A stretch of 64,000 nt of DNA from Malacoraja senta. Taxonomy: Eukaryota. Made by a program: the position numbers and the translations under genes. The notes below the pieces were generated by a model. The model saw only the letters and a program-made list of their open reading frames with translations. It was not told the DNA's origin and searched no databases. The stretch spans positions 25,856,001 through 25,920,000 of the forward strand of contig CM075987.1 of NCBI GenBank assembly GCA_038087875.1, written 5' to 3'. How positions within the stretch are numbered: the first letter of the stretch is position 1; every line of letters begins with the position of its first letter. Positions 1 to 12,729 of this stretch are shown piece by piece.

Positions 1-646
1 GGTTTGTCTCATAACAGGTACCATTTAATTACGTGTGGGGGGAATTAACCAGCACGGCAGAACGTTTTACTTGACCTTTTCAATGTAAGACATCTTAAGA
101 AGCAATAATTTGTGAAAAGTTCTCAAAGAATTCAAAGTTGCTGTTAATTCACCCAGAATTTAAGAATACATCAAAATAACCTCCTTCAGAGTGTTATGCA
201 GGCACAGTTTGATTGATTGAAAGAAACAGGATGGAAACAGGCCCTTCAGCCCACCAAGTCTATACTGACCTGCAGATCACATGTTCGCACTGGTTCTATG
301 TTATCCCATTGTTGCATCCATTGCCTATATCTATCTATCATGGGCAATTTCCAGAGGCCAATCGACCTGCAAACCCTCACGCCTTTGGGATGTGGGAAGA
401 GACCGGAGCAACCAGAAGAAACCCAAGCAATCACAGTGAGAATGTGCAAACTCCACACAGACAGCAGCCGAGGTCAGAATTGAACCCCTGTCTCTGTCGC
501 TGTGAGACAACAGCTCTACCAGTTGCATCATTGTGCCGCTATAAATTTATTGTTTCCTTCCGAGAGACCATTGGCTCCTTGTTGATGTGCCGACCAGTGG
601 GAAATACTTTTATTCCAGAGGCTCTTGTATATAGGAAGGAACTACA

Positions 647-891
647 GGTACACAAAAATGCTGGAGAAACTCAGCGGGTGCAGCAGCATCTATGGAGCGA
701 AGGAAATAGGCAACGTTTCGGGCCGAAACCCTGAAGGAAATAGGCAACGTTTCGGTCCGAAACCCGGAAGGGTTTCGGTCCGAAACGTTGCCTATTTCCT
801 TCGCTCCATAGATGCTGCTGCGCCCGCTGAGTTTCTCCAGCATTTTTGTGTACCTTCGATTTTCCAGCATCTGCAGTTCCTTCTTTAACAC
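647..891. mobile_element. Penelope-like PLTR fragments in inverted (fold-back) arrangement, nested in another PLTR fragment
   Basis: 647-732 is the reverse complement of about 770-853. The direct repeat aaggaactacaggt occurs at 636-649 and 892-905. The same PLTR-type sequence follows a GIY-YIG-like peptide at 26901. Confidence 0.7.
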
Positions 892-1274
892 AAGGAACTA
901 CAGGTGCTGGTTTAAACCGAAGATAGACACAAAATGCTGGAGTAACTCAGCGGGACAGGCAGCATCTCCGGAGAGAAGGAATAGGTGATGTATCAGGTCG
1001 AGACCCTTCTTCAGACCTTGGAGAGAGGAGGAGAACCTCTTCAGTTGGAGAGAACATCTAAAGCGTCTGAAGAAGGGTCTTGACCTGAAACTGTCACCCA
1101 TTCCTTCTGTCCAGAGATGCTGCCTTTCCTGCTGAGTTACGCCAGCATTTTGCGTCTATCTCAGCTCTTGTATATACATGCACTCGCAGAAATGCAGGCA
1201 CAACCGCACAGCAACAAACTATGTGGACCCACTTGGGACCCGCTTGGCCCACGCTCAATACCGTTTGCAAGTAG

Positions 1275-1676
1275 GATGAGGAAGGACCTCATTAAAATGT
1301 ACTGAATAGAGAAAAGGCCTGGATAGAGTGGATGTGGGGAGGATGGTTCCACTAGTGGGAGAGTCTAGGTCCAGAGGCCATAGCCTCACAATAAAATGAT
1401 GTTCCTTTAGGAAGGAGATGAGGAGGAAATTCCTTAGTTAGAGGGTAGTGAATCTGTAGAATTAATTCATTGCCACAGAAGGCTGTGGAATCCAAGTCAA
1501 TGGATATTTTTAAGCCAGAGAGATAGATTCTTGATTAGTACGGGTGTCAGGGGTTATGGGAAGAAGGCAGGTGAATGGGTTTTGTGAGGGAAAGAAAGAT
1601 CAGCCATGATTGAATGGCAGAGTAGACTTGATGGGCTGAATTCTGCCTCCATCACTTACAAATTTAAGAACTTATG
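1275..1676 (+). mobile_element. CR1/HER1-type LINE 3' fragment, decayed
   Basis: Matches the RT C-terminal coding region (GESR.RGHSL, RVVNLWNSLP) and 3' UTR seen intact at 17389-18125. Confidence 0.8.
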
Positions 1677-1860
1677 AAGTCTGCTTTTTATCACACTCCA
1701 GTTAACCTCACCGGCATGTCTTTCAATTAAGTGTCCATTATTCATGAGTTGACATTGACAGTGGAAGCAAAACACTATTTGTCCAGGGTTCTGAATCTTC
1801 AATTCTGCAATGATAGATAATGATCAAGACTGGGAATTATAAAGACCAATCTCCCTTCTT

Positions 1861-2207
1861 CATGTTCATAAGTTCCGGGAGGCCATTCGGCCCATCGAGT
1901 CTACTCCGCCATTCAATCATGGCTGATCTATCTTTCCCTCTCAACCCCATTCTCATGCCTTCTCCCCACTAACCCCTGACACCCGTACTAATCAAGAATC
2001 TCTCTATCTCTGCCTTAAAAAATATCTATTGGCGGTCTCCACAGCCGTCTGTGGCAATGAATTCTGCAGATTCACCACCCTCTGATTAAAGAAATTGCTC
2101 CTCATCTCCATCCTATTTAATTCTGAGGCTATGGCCTCTGGTCCTAGACTCACCCACTAGTGGAAACATCCTCTCCACATCCTCTCTATCCAGGCCTTTG
2201 ACTATTC
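1861..2207 (-). mobile_element. CR1/HER1-type LINE 3' fragment
   Basis: Reverse-complement match to the CR1 3' end. Confidence 0.8.
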
Positions 2208-3076
2208 TCAGGTGACTCAGACCAACAAAACAGCACTCCAATCCAAGCGTTTACTCTGTGATGCAGCTCGAATGACTCATTAAGTAAACCCCATTGAGCT
2301 GGATTGAACAGTCGTGATGAATTTAATGAAAACTTTTCAAATGTTATTGACATGGTAAAAGCATATTGCTAATCTGTGAGTTTGGCTGTCTGCTGGAACA
2401 ATCATATATTGCTATAAAAATAAAAAATAAATCATATTTTGCTGGTGTGGGCAATTGCCTTAATAATCAACTTCTATTTGAACTTAGCCATTTACATTGA
2501 TCTCCATTTTGATTTCCAATCACAGTGCAGATTCAAAAGCTATTGCAGTAATGCCTTATTACTTCCCTTTCAATGAAGAGATTGGTTTCTTTTAGTCATT
2601 GAGCAATATTGCATGGAAACAGGCCCTTCGGCCCAATTTGCCCACACCGGCCAACATTCCCTTCTGCACTAGTCCCACCTTTGGCCCATATCCCTCTAAA
2701 TCTGTCCTATCCATGTACCTGTCTAATTGTTTCTTAAACGTTGTGATAGTCCCTGCCTCAACTACCTCCTCCGGCAGCTCGTTCCCTACACCCTACACCC
2801 ACTTTGTGTGAAAAAGTTACCCCTCAGATTCCTATTAAATTTTTTCCCCTTCACCTTAAACCAATGTCCTCTAGTTCTCGATTATCCTTCTCTGGGCAAG
2901 AGATGCCGGACTATCAATGTAATACCTGATTGTACATTTAATGCATTAACCCAATCGATTCCTCTCATGATTTTCGACACCTCTATAAGATCATTTCGAA
3001 TTGTTGTTATAGTACCTTCCTCAACTACCTCCTCTGGCAGCCTCGTTCCATACACCCACCACCTTCATGTGCTTTA

Positions 3077-3301
3077 TGGGCCTGTCCCACAGGCAATTTT
3101 TTCGACGACTACAGGCGACTGCCGCAAAATTTTCAACATGTTGAAAAATTTTCTGCGATAGTGGCGACAATTTTTGTTGTCGTAGTTTGACGTAGGTGCT
3201 GCCGTAAGTTGTCGCCAGGTGTGGTAGGTGTGGTAGGTGAATTCCATTCAAAACTAGTCCCTGGCAGTCGCCAAAAGAGTCGCCTAAGTGGGACAGGCCC
3301 A
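3077..3301. mobile_element. PIF/Harbinger-like MITE
   Basis: TIR gggcctgtcccac...gtgggacaggccc, shared with the copies at 15500, 25820, 30380 and 44501. Confidence 0.7.
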
Positions 3302-4075
3302 TATCAGCAGCAGAGAAAATGCAGAAGGAAAACAGTGTACCTTGTGAGTGGTGCAAAAAAAAAGCCAATGATATTGAATTTTCCTTTCATAACCATCACG
3401 CCTTGTGATAGAATTTCGAGGCTCCTGCGGTGTGACATTTTCACAGTCCATTAACACAGGGACTCTTTGCTAACGTCACCTCCTCATCCCACTCTGAATG
3501 AATGTGAATAATTTGAAAGGTTTTACTCGCTGTTGCAGCTCCACACTCAAATTAGACAACATCCTGTGTAATGACTGCATGGAGGAAACGTCGACCTTAA
3601 AGTAGCAGTATGGATAAATGAAAGTTTTCAAACATGCTTCTACTATAACTATTAGGGGCGGCATGGCGGCACAGCGGTAGAGCTGCTGACTGACAGGGCC
3701 AGAGACCCAAGTCAAGTCAAGTCAAGTGAGTTTATTGTCACGTGTTCCTGATAGGACAATGAAATTCTTGCTTTGCTTCAGCACAACAGAACATAGTAGG
3801 CATTGACTACAAGGCATTCGCTAAATATATACACGCAAATATATAGATCCGGGTTTGTTCCTGGCTACGGGTGCTATCTGCACGGAGTTTGTATGTTCTT
3901 CCCGTTAAATCGTGGGTTTTCCATGGGTGCTCCGGTTTCCTCCCACATACCAAAGACGTACAGGCTTGTAGATTATTTGGCTTGGTAAAATTGTAAATTG
4001 TTCCTGGTGACCATACCACCATACTCATTATGTTAACACTTTCCTCAAATTAAAACAGCAACAAATTGTCTGTAT

Positions 4076-4527
4076 CATAGATACATAGATACATAAAAAA
4101 ATAGGTGCAGGAGTAGGCCATTCGGCCCTTCGAGCCTGCACCGCCATTCAATATGATCATGGCTGATCATCCAACTCAGTATCCCGTACCTGCCTTCTCT
4201 CCATACCCCCTGGACCCCTTAGCCACAAGGGCCACATCTAACTCCCTCTTAAATATAGCCAATGAACTGGCCTCAACTACCCTCTGTGGCAGAGAGTTCC
4301 AGAGATTCACCACTCTCTGTGTGAACAAGTTTTTCCTCATCTCGGTCTTAAAGGATTTCCCCCTTATCCTTAAGCTGTGACCCCTTGTCCTGGACTTCCC
4401 CAACATCGGGAACAATCTTCCTGCATCTAGCCTGTCCAACCCCATAAGAATTTTGTACGTTTCTATAAGATCCCCTCTCAATCTCCTAAATTCTAGCGAG
4501 TATAAGCCAAGTCTATCCAGTCTATAG
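4076..4527 (-). mobile_element. young CR1/HER1 LINE 3' end
   Basis: ORF 4176-4616 carries RLDRLGLYSLEFRRLRGDLIETYKIL...GYGEKAGTGY and a (tatctatg)n tail. Nearly identical to the 3' end of 16914-18124. Confidence 0.9.
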
Positions 4528-4712
4528 ACTCCTGTTACTTGTTGGAAAGATAGATATGATTCAATCCTAAAGCTGGCAGATCCTGGAATGAATGTTAAAT
4601 GCAGAGTTCCACACATGTCACCGTTTTTAAACTGTTTAAAGTATTTTAAATAATTAAAAGCTGATTAAAACATTAATATTTAAAACCATGACATTTAAAT
4701 CCATACCTCCCA

Positions 4713-5007
4713 GGGCGGCACGGTGGCGCGGCGGTAGAGTTGCTGCCTCACAGCGCCAGAGACCCGGGTTTGATCCTGATCACGGGTGCTGTCTGTACGG
4801 AGTTTGTACGTTCTCCCCGTGACCATGTGGGTTTTCTCCAGGTGCTCCAGTTTCCTCCTACATTTAAAAGACGAGCAAGTTTGCAGGTTGATTGGCTTCT
4901 GTAAATTGTCCCTAGTGTGTCGGATTGAACTAATGTATGGGGCTGATTGCTGTTCGACATGTACTGAATGGCCTGTTTCCATGCTGTATCTCTAAACTGA
5001 ACTGAAC
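4713..5007 (+). mobile_element. HE1-like tRNA-derived V-SINE, full length
   Basis: tRNA-like head with A box (tggcgcggcgg) and B box (gtttgatcc), V-domain core (gttctccccgtg...ttcctcc) and CR1-derived tail ending in (aactg/aaact)n. Confidence 0.85.
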
Positions 5008-6902
5008 ATAAAAGGTCTCGACCTGACACATCACCTATCCGTGTTCTCCAGAGATGCTGCCTTGACTTCCTGAGTTACTCCAGCACTGTGTGTTCTTTAG
5101 GGTATTCACCAGCATTTACAGTCCTTTCATTATACCAGGTGATGTTTTGGGTCAGGACCTCCTTTAGTCAGAGGGCAGTGAATCTGTGGAACTCATTGCC
5201 ACGGAGGGCTGTGGAGTCCAAGTCAGTGGATATTTTTTAAGGCAGAGATAGACAAATTCTTGTTTAGAACGGGTGTCAAGGGTTTATGGGGAGACGGCAG
5301 GAGAATGGGACCAGGAGGCAGAGATCAGCCATGATTGAATGGCGGAGTTGACTTGTAACTTGTGTACTTGTGAACCTGAAATGTCATCTATCCATTCCCT
5401 CCACAGATGCTGCCTGACCTGGTGATTTCCTCCAGCTCTTGACGTAGACTCGATGGGCCGAAGGGCCTCTTTCCACGCAGCATCTCTACACTAAGCTCAA
5501 ATAAACTAAACTAATGCAATCTAAACTAATCTCAACTCAACTATCTCCTCTCCCTCCATTTGCAACTGTTAACAGTACACAATGAGACTCGACAGCTTCA
5601 GTGAGTCTTTAATGATGAATTACTTTTTATCGTGCTCTCTCATTAAACACAAGCTGGGCGGCAACATCCAACATTGTGGTCGAGTTTGGCGAGCCCAAAC
5701 CTTATAGACCTAAAACCTTTGGTTGGGTCTCCCTCAAGCAATTTTTTTTCATCCATTGGAACCACTCTCCAGACCAATTTTCTTTTAGCCAACCTTTTAA
5801 ATGAAAAAAAAAATCACAATGCCACCACACTTAGCTTGCAAAGTCAAAAGATCACTTTCCTTCTGCGAGTGTACTAACTGCGCCTCTGGCTGCTCATTTC
5901 TCTGCTCGGAGTACTTACCCTCATTAATTATTTAGTCATATCAATGACAATGTCAAACACTGGGTTGTATACTTCCAGTCAAAATAAATCATTCGGTCTT
6001 TATTAAGCTTCTGCATAGTTAATGGACAAAGACGCAGATTGCTTTCTCTATTATGTACCTTCTCGAATGTTGCAGGAGACACCTGGCCGATAACTTCAAT
6101 CTGGTCCATTCAGCTGCGACAGGATGCTTCAACCACGGCTGTTTAAACAAATCTTCGCTGATCTTCGGGTTGGATGCAAACCAGCATTTCAGTTTAGTTT
6201 GTTGTCGCGTGTACCGAGGTACAGTGAAAAGCTTTTGTTGCATGCTAACCAGTCAGCGGAAAGACAATGCATGGTTACGATCGAGCCGTTCACAGTGTAC
6301 AGATACATGAAGGGGGAATGACGTTTAGTGCAAGGTAAATCCTGCAACGTCCCAGCAAGGATAGTCCGAGTGTATAAGGAAGAACTGCAGATGCTGGAAA
6401 AATCAAAGATGCTGGAGAAACTCAGTGGGCGAGGCAGCATCTATGGAGCAAAGGAAGAGGTGACGTTTGAGGTAGAGACCCTTCTTCAGTCCGAGGGTCA
6501 CCAGGCACCATCACAAGCCATGTTCATACAAACCTACCCCAGCAAGAAAGCAATCATTCTGTATTTAGTTTTAACATTAGGTTTAGAGATACAGCACGGA
6601 AACAGGCCCTTCGGCCCACCGAGTCCGTGCCGACCAGCGATCCCCACACACTAATACTATCCTACACACACTAGGGACAATTTACAATTTTACCAAGCCA
6701 ATTAACCTACAAACCTGTACGTCTTTGGAGTGCAAACACGTTTGAAGTAAGCATTGCAAGATTACGTTGATAATGTTAAAGGTACAGCGATTTGTTTAAT
6801 GGATTGGAATTGATTATTGAATCCGTTGGCAAGGTGTTTTCCCCAAGTTTCCACAAATTCATTTAAACGTAAAATCGGCCAAGTTATTGCTAGAACTTGA
6901 GG

Positions 6903-7218
6903 TGCGGCACGGTGGCGCAGCGTAGAGTCACTGCCTTACAGCGCCAGATACCCGGGTTCGATCCTGACTACGGGTGCTGTCTGTACGGAGTTTGTACGTT
7001 CTCCCCGTGACCTGCGTGGGTTTTCTCCGGGTGCTCCGGTTTCCTCCCACACTCCAGAGACGTGCAGGTTTGTAGGTTAATTGGTATTTGGTGAAATTTG
7101 TAAATTATCCCTAGTGTGTGTAGGATAGTGTTAATGTGCAGGGATCGCATGTCAGTGCGGACTCGGTGGGCCGAAGGGCCTTATTCCATGCTGTATCTCT
7201 AAACTAAACTAAACTAAA
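6903..7218 (+). mobile_element. HE1-like V-SINE, full length
   Basis: Same architecture. Further full or partial copies lie near 226-540, 3656-4005, 6573-6733, 8365-8535, 12170-12448, 13230-13910, 21255-21558, 27665-27888, 29557-29968, 36205-36850, 38125-38692, 46017-46250, 58580-58850 and 61060-61185. Confidence 0.9.
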
Positions 7219-9639
7219 ATATAAGAGAGCATTTAAAACCTAATGTTATATTTTCAAAATCTGCTTCAAGACATATTCCTTGGTTTGTTTAAGAGTGCTT
7301 GTTTTGTAATGTTTAATAATTTGATAACAATTAACGCAGCACTGATGGATTAGTTGCAGAAAATTATTTTTTAATCAAAATGTATTCTTCATCGGTGAGC
7401 AGATTTCTAAATATACCGAATCAGTCTTTAAAATAACCCAGCAGTATGAATATTGACTTCTCTAACTTCAAGTAACCCTTGCTTTCCCTCTCTCTCCATT
7501 CCCCCCCCACCCTAGTTCTCTGACTAGTTTGACTATCCTCCTGATTAAATTTAACATTGTATGCTTCGTTGTCAGCTTCCCCTCAGCTATCAATGATCTA
7601 TTCTATATTTTCCTTGATCCGCATTCCCTTTGATACCTCATTTTCACACCTTACCCTTCCATATGTCTCCCTCTCCCCTGAATCTCAGTCTGAAGAAGGG
7701 CCTCGATCCCAAACGTCACCTATTCCTTCTATCCAGAGATGTTGCCTTCCCCGCCGAACTATTCCTTCGCTCCATTCATGCTGAGTTTCTCCAGCATTTT
7801 TGTCCACCTTCGATTTTTCCAGCATCTGCAGTTCTTTCTTAAACTAAACTAAATGTTATTTGGTTATTTTTCTTTTCAATAAGACTGTGAGTGATCCTTG
7901 ACTTCTGCTCCATTCTTTCACAATCTCCCCGCCCCTCTTTGATTTCTGCAGTATCACAAGTTATATTGCACTAAATGTACTGAGTAAGAAAGTGAGGACA
8001 GCTCTGTGGGATACAGATTTGAAAGACATAAAAACCCTTTGAATGAAAACATTTCTTCTTATTCTCCATGGGGAACATCCTTCTTTCATATATCTTTAAG
8101 GATGTAATGCATTTCAATAAATTCATCCCAAATTCTCAGGAAGAGATTTCTCATCAACCATCTTTCTTCAGAAGACTGTTCCTTCGTCCTAGCAATAACA
8201 TTTACTTTAGGTTGAGGGGGGTCCTCGTTGAAACATACAGAATAAGTTTCTGTCCATCCTGCTACTTCTGAAAATCCCAGCAGATTCGTCAGGCAAGACC
8301 TTCCCGAATGATGGAGATTTATGTTGGTGGATAGGATAATTAACTGTTTTTGACTGTATTTTCAGTTTAGTTTAGATTAGTTTAGTTTAGAGAGACAGCG
8401 CGGAAATAGGCCATTCGGTCCACTGAGTCCATTCTCGCCCTAACCAGCGATCCCCGCAGATTAACTACACACACTGGGGACAATTTTACTTATAATACCA
8501 AGCGGATTAACCTACAAATCTGCACGTGTTTGGAGAGTAAGTCTTTCTGAAAGGAAACGCTGTAAAATTAAATTCTGTTAACACATATCATCTTCAGGAC
8601 AAATTCATTCCTGCTGCAATGGGAACGCAGATATACTCTAGAAGGAATAGAAGGGTGTGGATAGAAGCTGTATGTGTTATGTGGCTGTTCTCCAAAGAGA
8701 ATATTTCAAATTCTTAAACCCGCTGAAACGATCTACTTTGCATTTTTTCCCCCCAAAGAAACAGTTCTCAATTTATTGCTTTTGTTTCTTGATAATGTCA
8801 CATTGTACGCCGCATAGTTAATTTTATCTCGATTACATCTTGTCCAGAACATTCATTTTTCATCCCGACTCCTCTCAGGAATATGCCAGCCATGTCCTCC
8901 CATCTGTTTTTCTGTATTTAACAGCTTCTCATCAACGATACAATCTAACTACGCCAAATTGAGTGAACAATAACGTGTGTTTCCATCGTTTTGCTCCGGG
9001 GACTTTTGCAAAATTCACTCAGTTCCATTTGAAATGCTCTTTTTATTTTTTTTTTTTTTGTTTAAAATTTTAAAGCAAGTTTCAAGCCTACAATGTCCAA
9101 TTATCTAAGTGTCTATCAAACCTCAAGGAATGAATGGTGAATGAAAATTGTGTTGTGTTCAGTAATTGAACGAATCCTTTGCTTCCCAAGTGGTTGGATA
9201 ATTGGCAGTTCACTCTTTAGCTTTCTATCACCTCACATTTTAACATCCTCGTCTAAATCCGTGAAGCTTGAGAGAAAGGAAATCTACTTAATGTGAACAG
9301 CTCTTCATTCAAGAAAAATGTCACAGAATTGGAAGTCACACAGGGTGGCATTAGAGCGTTGAAATAAAAAAATAAAAACAAGCTTGCTCTTATTGCCACA
9401 GTATTTATTTTTAGTTTAGTTTAGTTTAGTTTAGAGATACAGAGTGGAAACGGGCCCTTTGATCTCCGCACATTAACACTATCCTACACACGCTCGGGGC
9501 AATTGACAATTTTACCAAGCCAATTAGCCTACAAACCTGCACGTCTTTGGAGTGGGAGAGGACATAGGCTCAAAATAAAAGGACGTACCTTTAGAAAGGA
9601 GATGAGGAGGAATTTCCTTAGTCAGAGGGTGGTGAATCT

Positions 9640-10035
9640 TTTTTTTTGTTTTTTTTATTTTTTTTTAAAAATAATTTATTATAAGCACATTACATTACAA
9701 CCACATACATTAGTACTCGTCACATATATCTTCTTACAATTAATGTACTCCGTTTGTTTTTTACACTAATAAAGGGAAAGGATGAGATTGAGAGAAAGAA
9801 GAAAGTGAAGGAAAAAGTGAGAGTGTAAAAAACGTGACAACAAGAAAGAACGAAGACCCTATAAGAACAAAATTAAAAACAAAAGAAAAATAGTTAAGAA
9901 ATAGACCCTAGAAAAGAAGAATAAAGAGAAAGAGGGAAAAGAGAAAAACAAATAGTTTTTGTAAGCATCACGCAAATGGGACATACCAACTCTCCAACTT
10001 TCATCCCCCCTTACCTGACCTCAGGTTTTTTTTTA
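9640..10035 (-). mobile_element. poly(A)-tailed L1/Tx1-like 3' UTR inserted into a CR1 fragment
   Basis: Poly-T on the plus strand and a 14-bp TSD agggtggtgaatct at about 9626-9639 and 10036-10049. A diverged homolog lies at about 30018-30233. Confidence 0.6.
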
Positions 10036-10975
10036 AGGGTGGTGAATCTGTGGAGTTCATTGCCACAGAAGGCTGTGAAGGCCAAGTCAATCGATACTTT
10101 TAAGGAGGAAATTGATAGATTCTTGATTAGTACAGGTGTCAGGGGTTATGGGGAGAAGGCAGGAGAATGCGGTTGAGAGGGAAAGATAGTTCAGCCTTGA
10201 TTGAATGGTGGAGTAGACTTGATGGACTGAATGGCCTAATTCTGCTCCTAGAACGTATGAACTTATAATGGGGCTGAGAAGGAAAGATAGAGAGAAGGTG
10301 TCTCGACCCGAAACGTCATCCATTCCTTCTCTCCAGAGATGTTGCCTGTCCTGCTGAGTTACTTCAGTTTTTGATGTCTATCTTCGATAGATCAGCCATG
10401 AATGAATGGCGGAGTAGACTTGATGGGCCGAATGGCCTAATTCTGCACCTAGAACTTATGAACAGAATCGGGCTGAGAGGGAAAGACAGGCCAGCCATGA
10501 TTGAACCTTGATGGGCAGAATGACCTAATTCTACTCCTATCTCTTATAAACACAATCTTTCCATGCAACCTCTCCACACAGAGCTATGGGATGATTCAGT
10601 GCTTGGTATCTGGTGCCCTGTGGGGAGGGAAGTGCTTTGTACCAGGTTCCTTGCGTAATACTATTTTCATTAATGCAACTCCATATGTGTTGTGGCTGTG
10701 AACTAAATCACTGGAGACTGAAGCTGGTAAACGTGAAAAGTCTTTACTCATCATGACAAGCAGGCTTTCTCACGAAGAGGCTCTCAGTGGAGTCTCAGTG
10801 TACTCCGAATGCATCAAGTTGTTATACTCTACAGAACAAAGATAACAGCAGGTGACTGAATACAACTTCAGTGGCTATAATGATATTGTTTTCTTCAATA
10901 TTGTGGAGTCCAACAAATAGTTTGGTTTAGTTTTGAGATACAGTGTGGAAACAGGCCCTTCAGCCCCCCTGAGTC

Positions 10976-11920
10976 AGCATTGTTGAGCAGAGGGATCTAG
11001 GAGTGCAGGTGCATGGTTCCTTGAAGGTGGATTCGCAGGTAAATAGGGAGGTCACAAAGGCTTTTGGCACATTGGCCTCCATCTGTCAGAGTATTGAGTA
11101 TAGAAGTTGCAGTTGTATATGACATTGGTGAGGCCGCATTTAGAATATTGTATTCAATTCTGGGCACCATGTTATAGGAAAGAAATTGTCAAGCTGGAAA
11201 GGGTACAGAGAAGATTGACGAGGATGTTGCCAGGACTAGAGGGTCTGAGCTATAGGGAGAGGTTAACTACACTGGGACTCAGGGGGGCTGAAGGGCCTGT
11301 TTCCACACTGTATCTCAAAACTAAACCAAACTATTTGTTGGACTCAACAATATTGAAGAAAACAATATTATTATAGCCACTGAAGTTGTATTCAGTCACC
11401 TGCTGTTATCTTTGTTCTGTAGAGTATACTTTGTTCTGTAGAGTATACAGAACTCTATCTATCCAATCTATTCCTTGGAGTGCAGGAGGATGAGGGATGA
11501 TCTTATAGAGGTGAATAAAATCATGAGAGGTATAGATTGGTAGATGCACAGAGACTCTTGCCCAGAGTCGAGAACCAGAGGACATAGGTTTAAGGTGAAG
11601 GGGAAGAGATTTAATAGGAATCTGAGGGATAACTTTTTCACAGACAGGGTGGGCGGTGTATGGAACAAGCTGCCAGAGGAGGTAGTTGAGGCTGGGACAA
11701 TCCCAACATTTAAGACCCAATCCTTCTCTCCAGAGATCCTGCCTGTCCCACTCAGTTACTCCAGTATTTTGTGTCTACCAACATTTAAGAAACAGACAGG
11801 TACATGGATAGGACAGGTTTGGAGGGATATGGACCAAACGTAGCCAGGTGGGACTAGTGTAGCTGGGACATGTTGGCCGGTGTGGGCAAGTTGGGCCGAA
11901 GGGCCTGTTTCCACGCTGTA
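10976..11920 (+). mobile_element. CR1 LINE 3' fragment interrupted by an inverted copy of its own flank
   Basis: Peptides LVRPHLEYCIQFWAP and RTRGHRFKVKGKRFNRNLR; insertion at 11276-11447. Confidence 0.85.
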
Positions 11921-12502
11921 TTAATCAATGACTTGATGTCAACTCTTTTTCTCCCTCCAAACTTTTAGCAAGCCTTTACCACAACCCCTTACACCAATTA
12001 GTTGCTTACCGATTAGTAACCAAATGTTGATTGAAGCTCAAACCCATATTGTTACAATTGGTAGACGTTTCTCTTACACCTTTCTTCTCCCCACTTGAAT
12101 GAGAACACAAGGAAGTCACCTGATTTAAAAAAAAAATGACAGGAGCCCATGAGAAAGATTCATTAGTATTTTAGTTTTGTGTGGAGATACAGCAGGGAAA
12201 GAGGCCCTTCGGCCCACCGAGTCAACACCGGCCAGTGCACTAACACCACCCTACACACACGAGGGACAATTCTATTTTTTTACACACTTATACCAAGCCA
12301 TTTAACCTACAAACCTGTACGTCTTTGGAGTGTGGGAAGAAACTGAAGATCTCGGAGAAAATCCACGCGGTCACGGGGAGAACGTGCAAACTCCGTACAG
12401 ACAGCACCCGTAAGGCAGCAACTCTACCACTGCGCCACCGTGCCGCCCTTAGAAGGATGTGGCCAAGAACTCAGAGGACCAACCATGGGGAAATATGTAA
12501 GA

Positions 12503-12729
12503 CAAGGGTTCCACAACCTGGGGTAAACTTACCCCTAGGGGTAAATTTCACCTACCCAGGGGGTAAATTTGTTGATTCTGGATATGTACATATTTTTTTC
12601 TTATTGACTGACTGTGTTTGGTTCTGGTATACCGGCATCATTAGTTGTTCATAAATAAGTGAAATAACATTGTTATGTGCTATTAAAGTGGCCAGTGGTA
12701 AACGGGACGAAAAAGGTTGGGAACCCCTG
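12503..12729. mobile_element. hAT (Charlie-like) MITE
   Basis: TIRs caagggttccacaacct / aggttgggaacccctg, 8-bp TSD atgtaaga / aggtaaga, and repeated ggggtaaa subterminal motifs. The duplicate copy starts at about 63120. Confidence 0.75.

Noticed and set aside
1712..1804. Possible 93-nt minus-strand exon with AG/GT borders; similar candidates near 3480-3595, 5919-6010 and 6059-6140
   Set aside because: No recognisable protein, stops in neighbouring candidates and no coherent gene model. RNA-seq would be needed.
4713..4790. tRNA genes
   Set aside because: All tRNA-like sequences are SINE heads continuing into the V domain; 34544-34561 is a PBS.
8000..8190. Protein-like minus-strand reading (EERWLMRNLFLRIWDEFIEM...)
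   Set aside because: It contains stops, and the nucleotide sequence aligns with a very old CR1 3' fragment.
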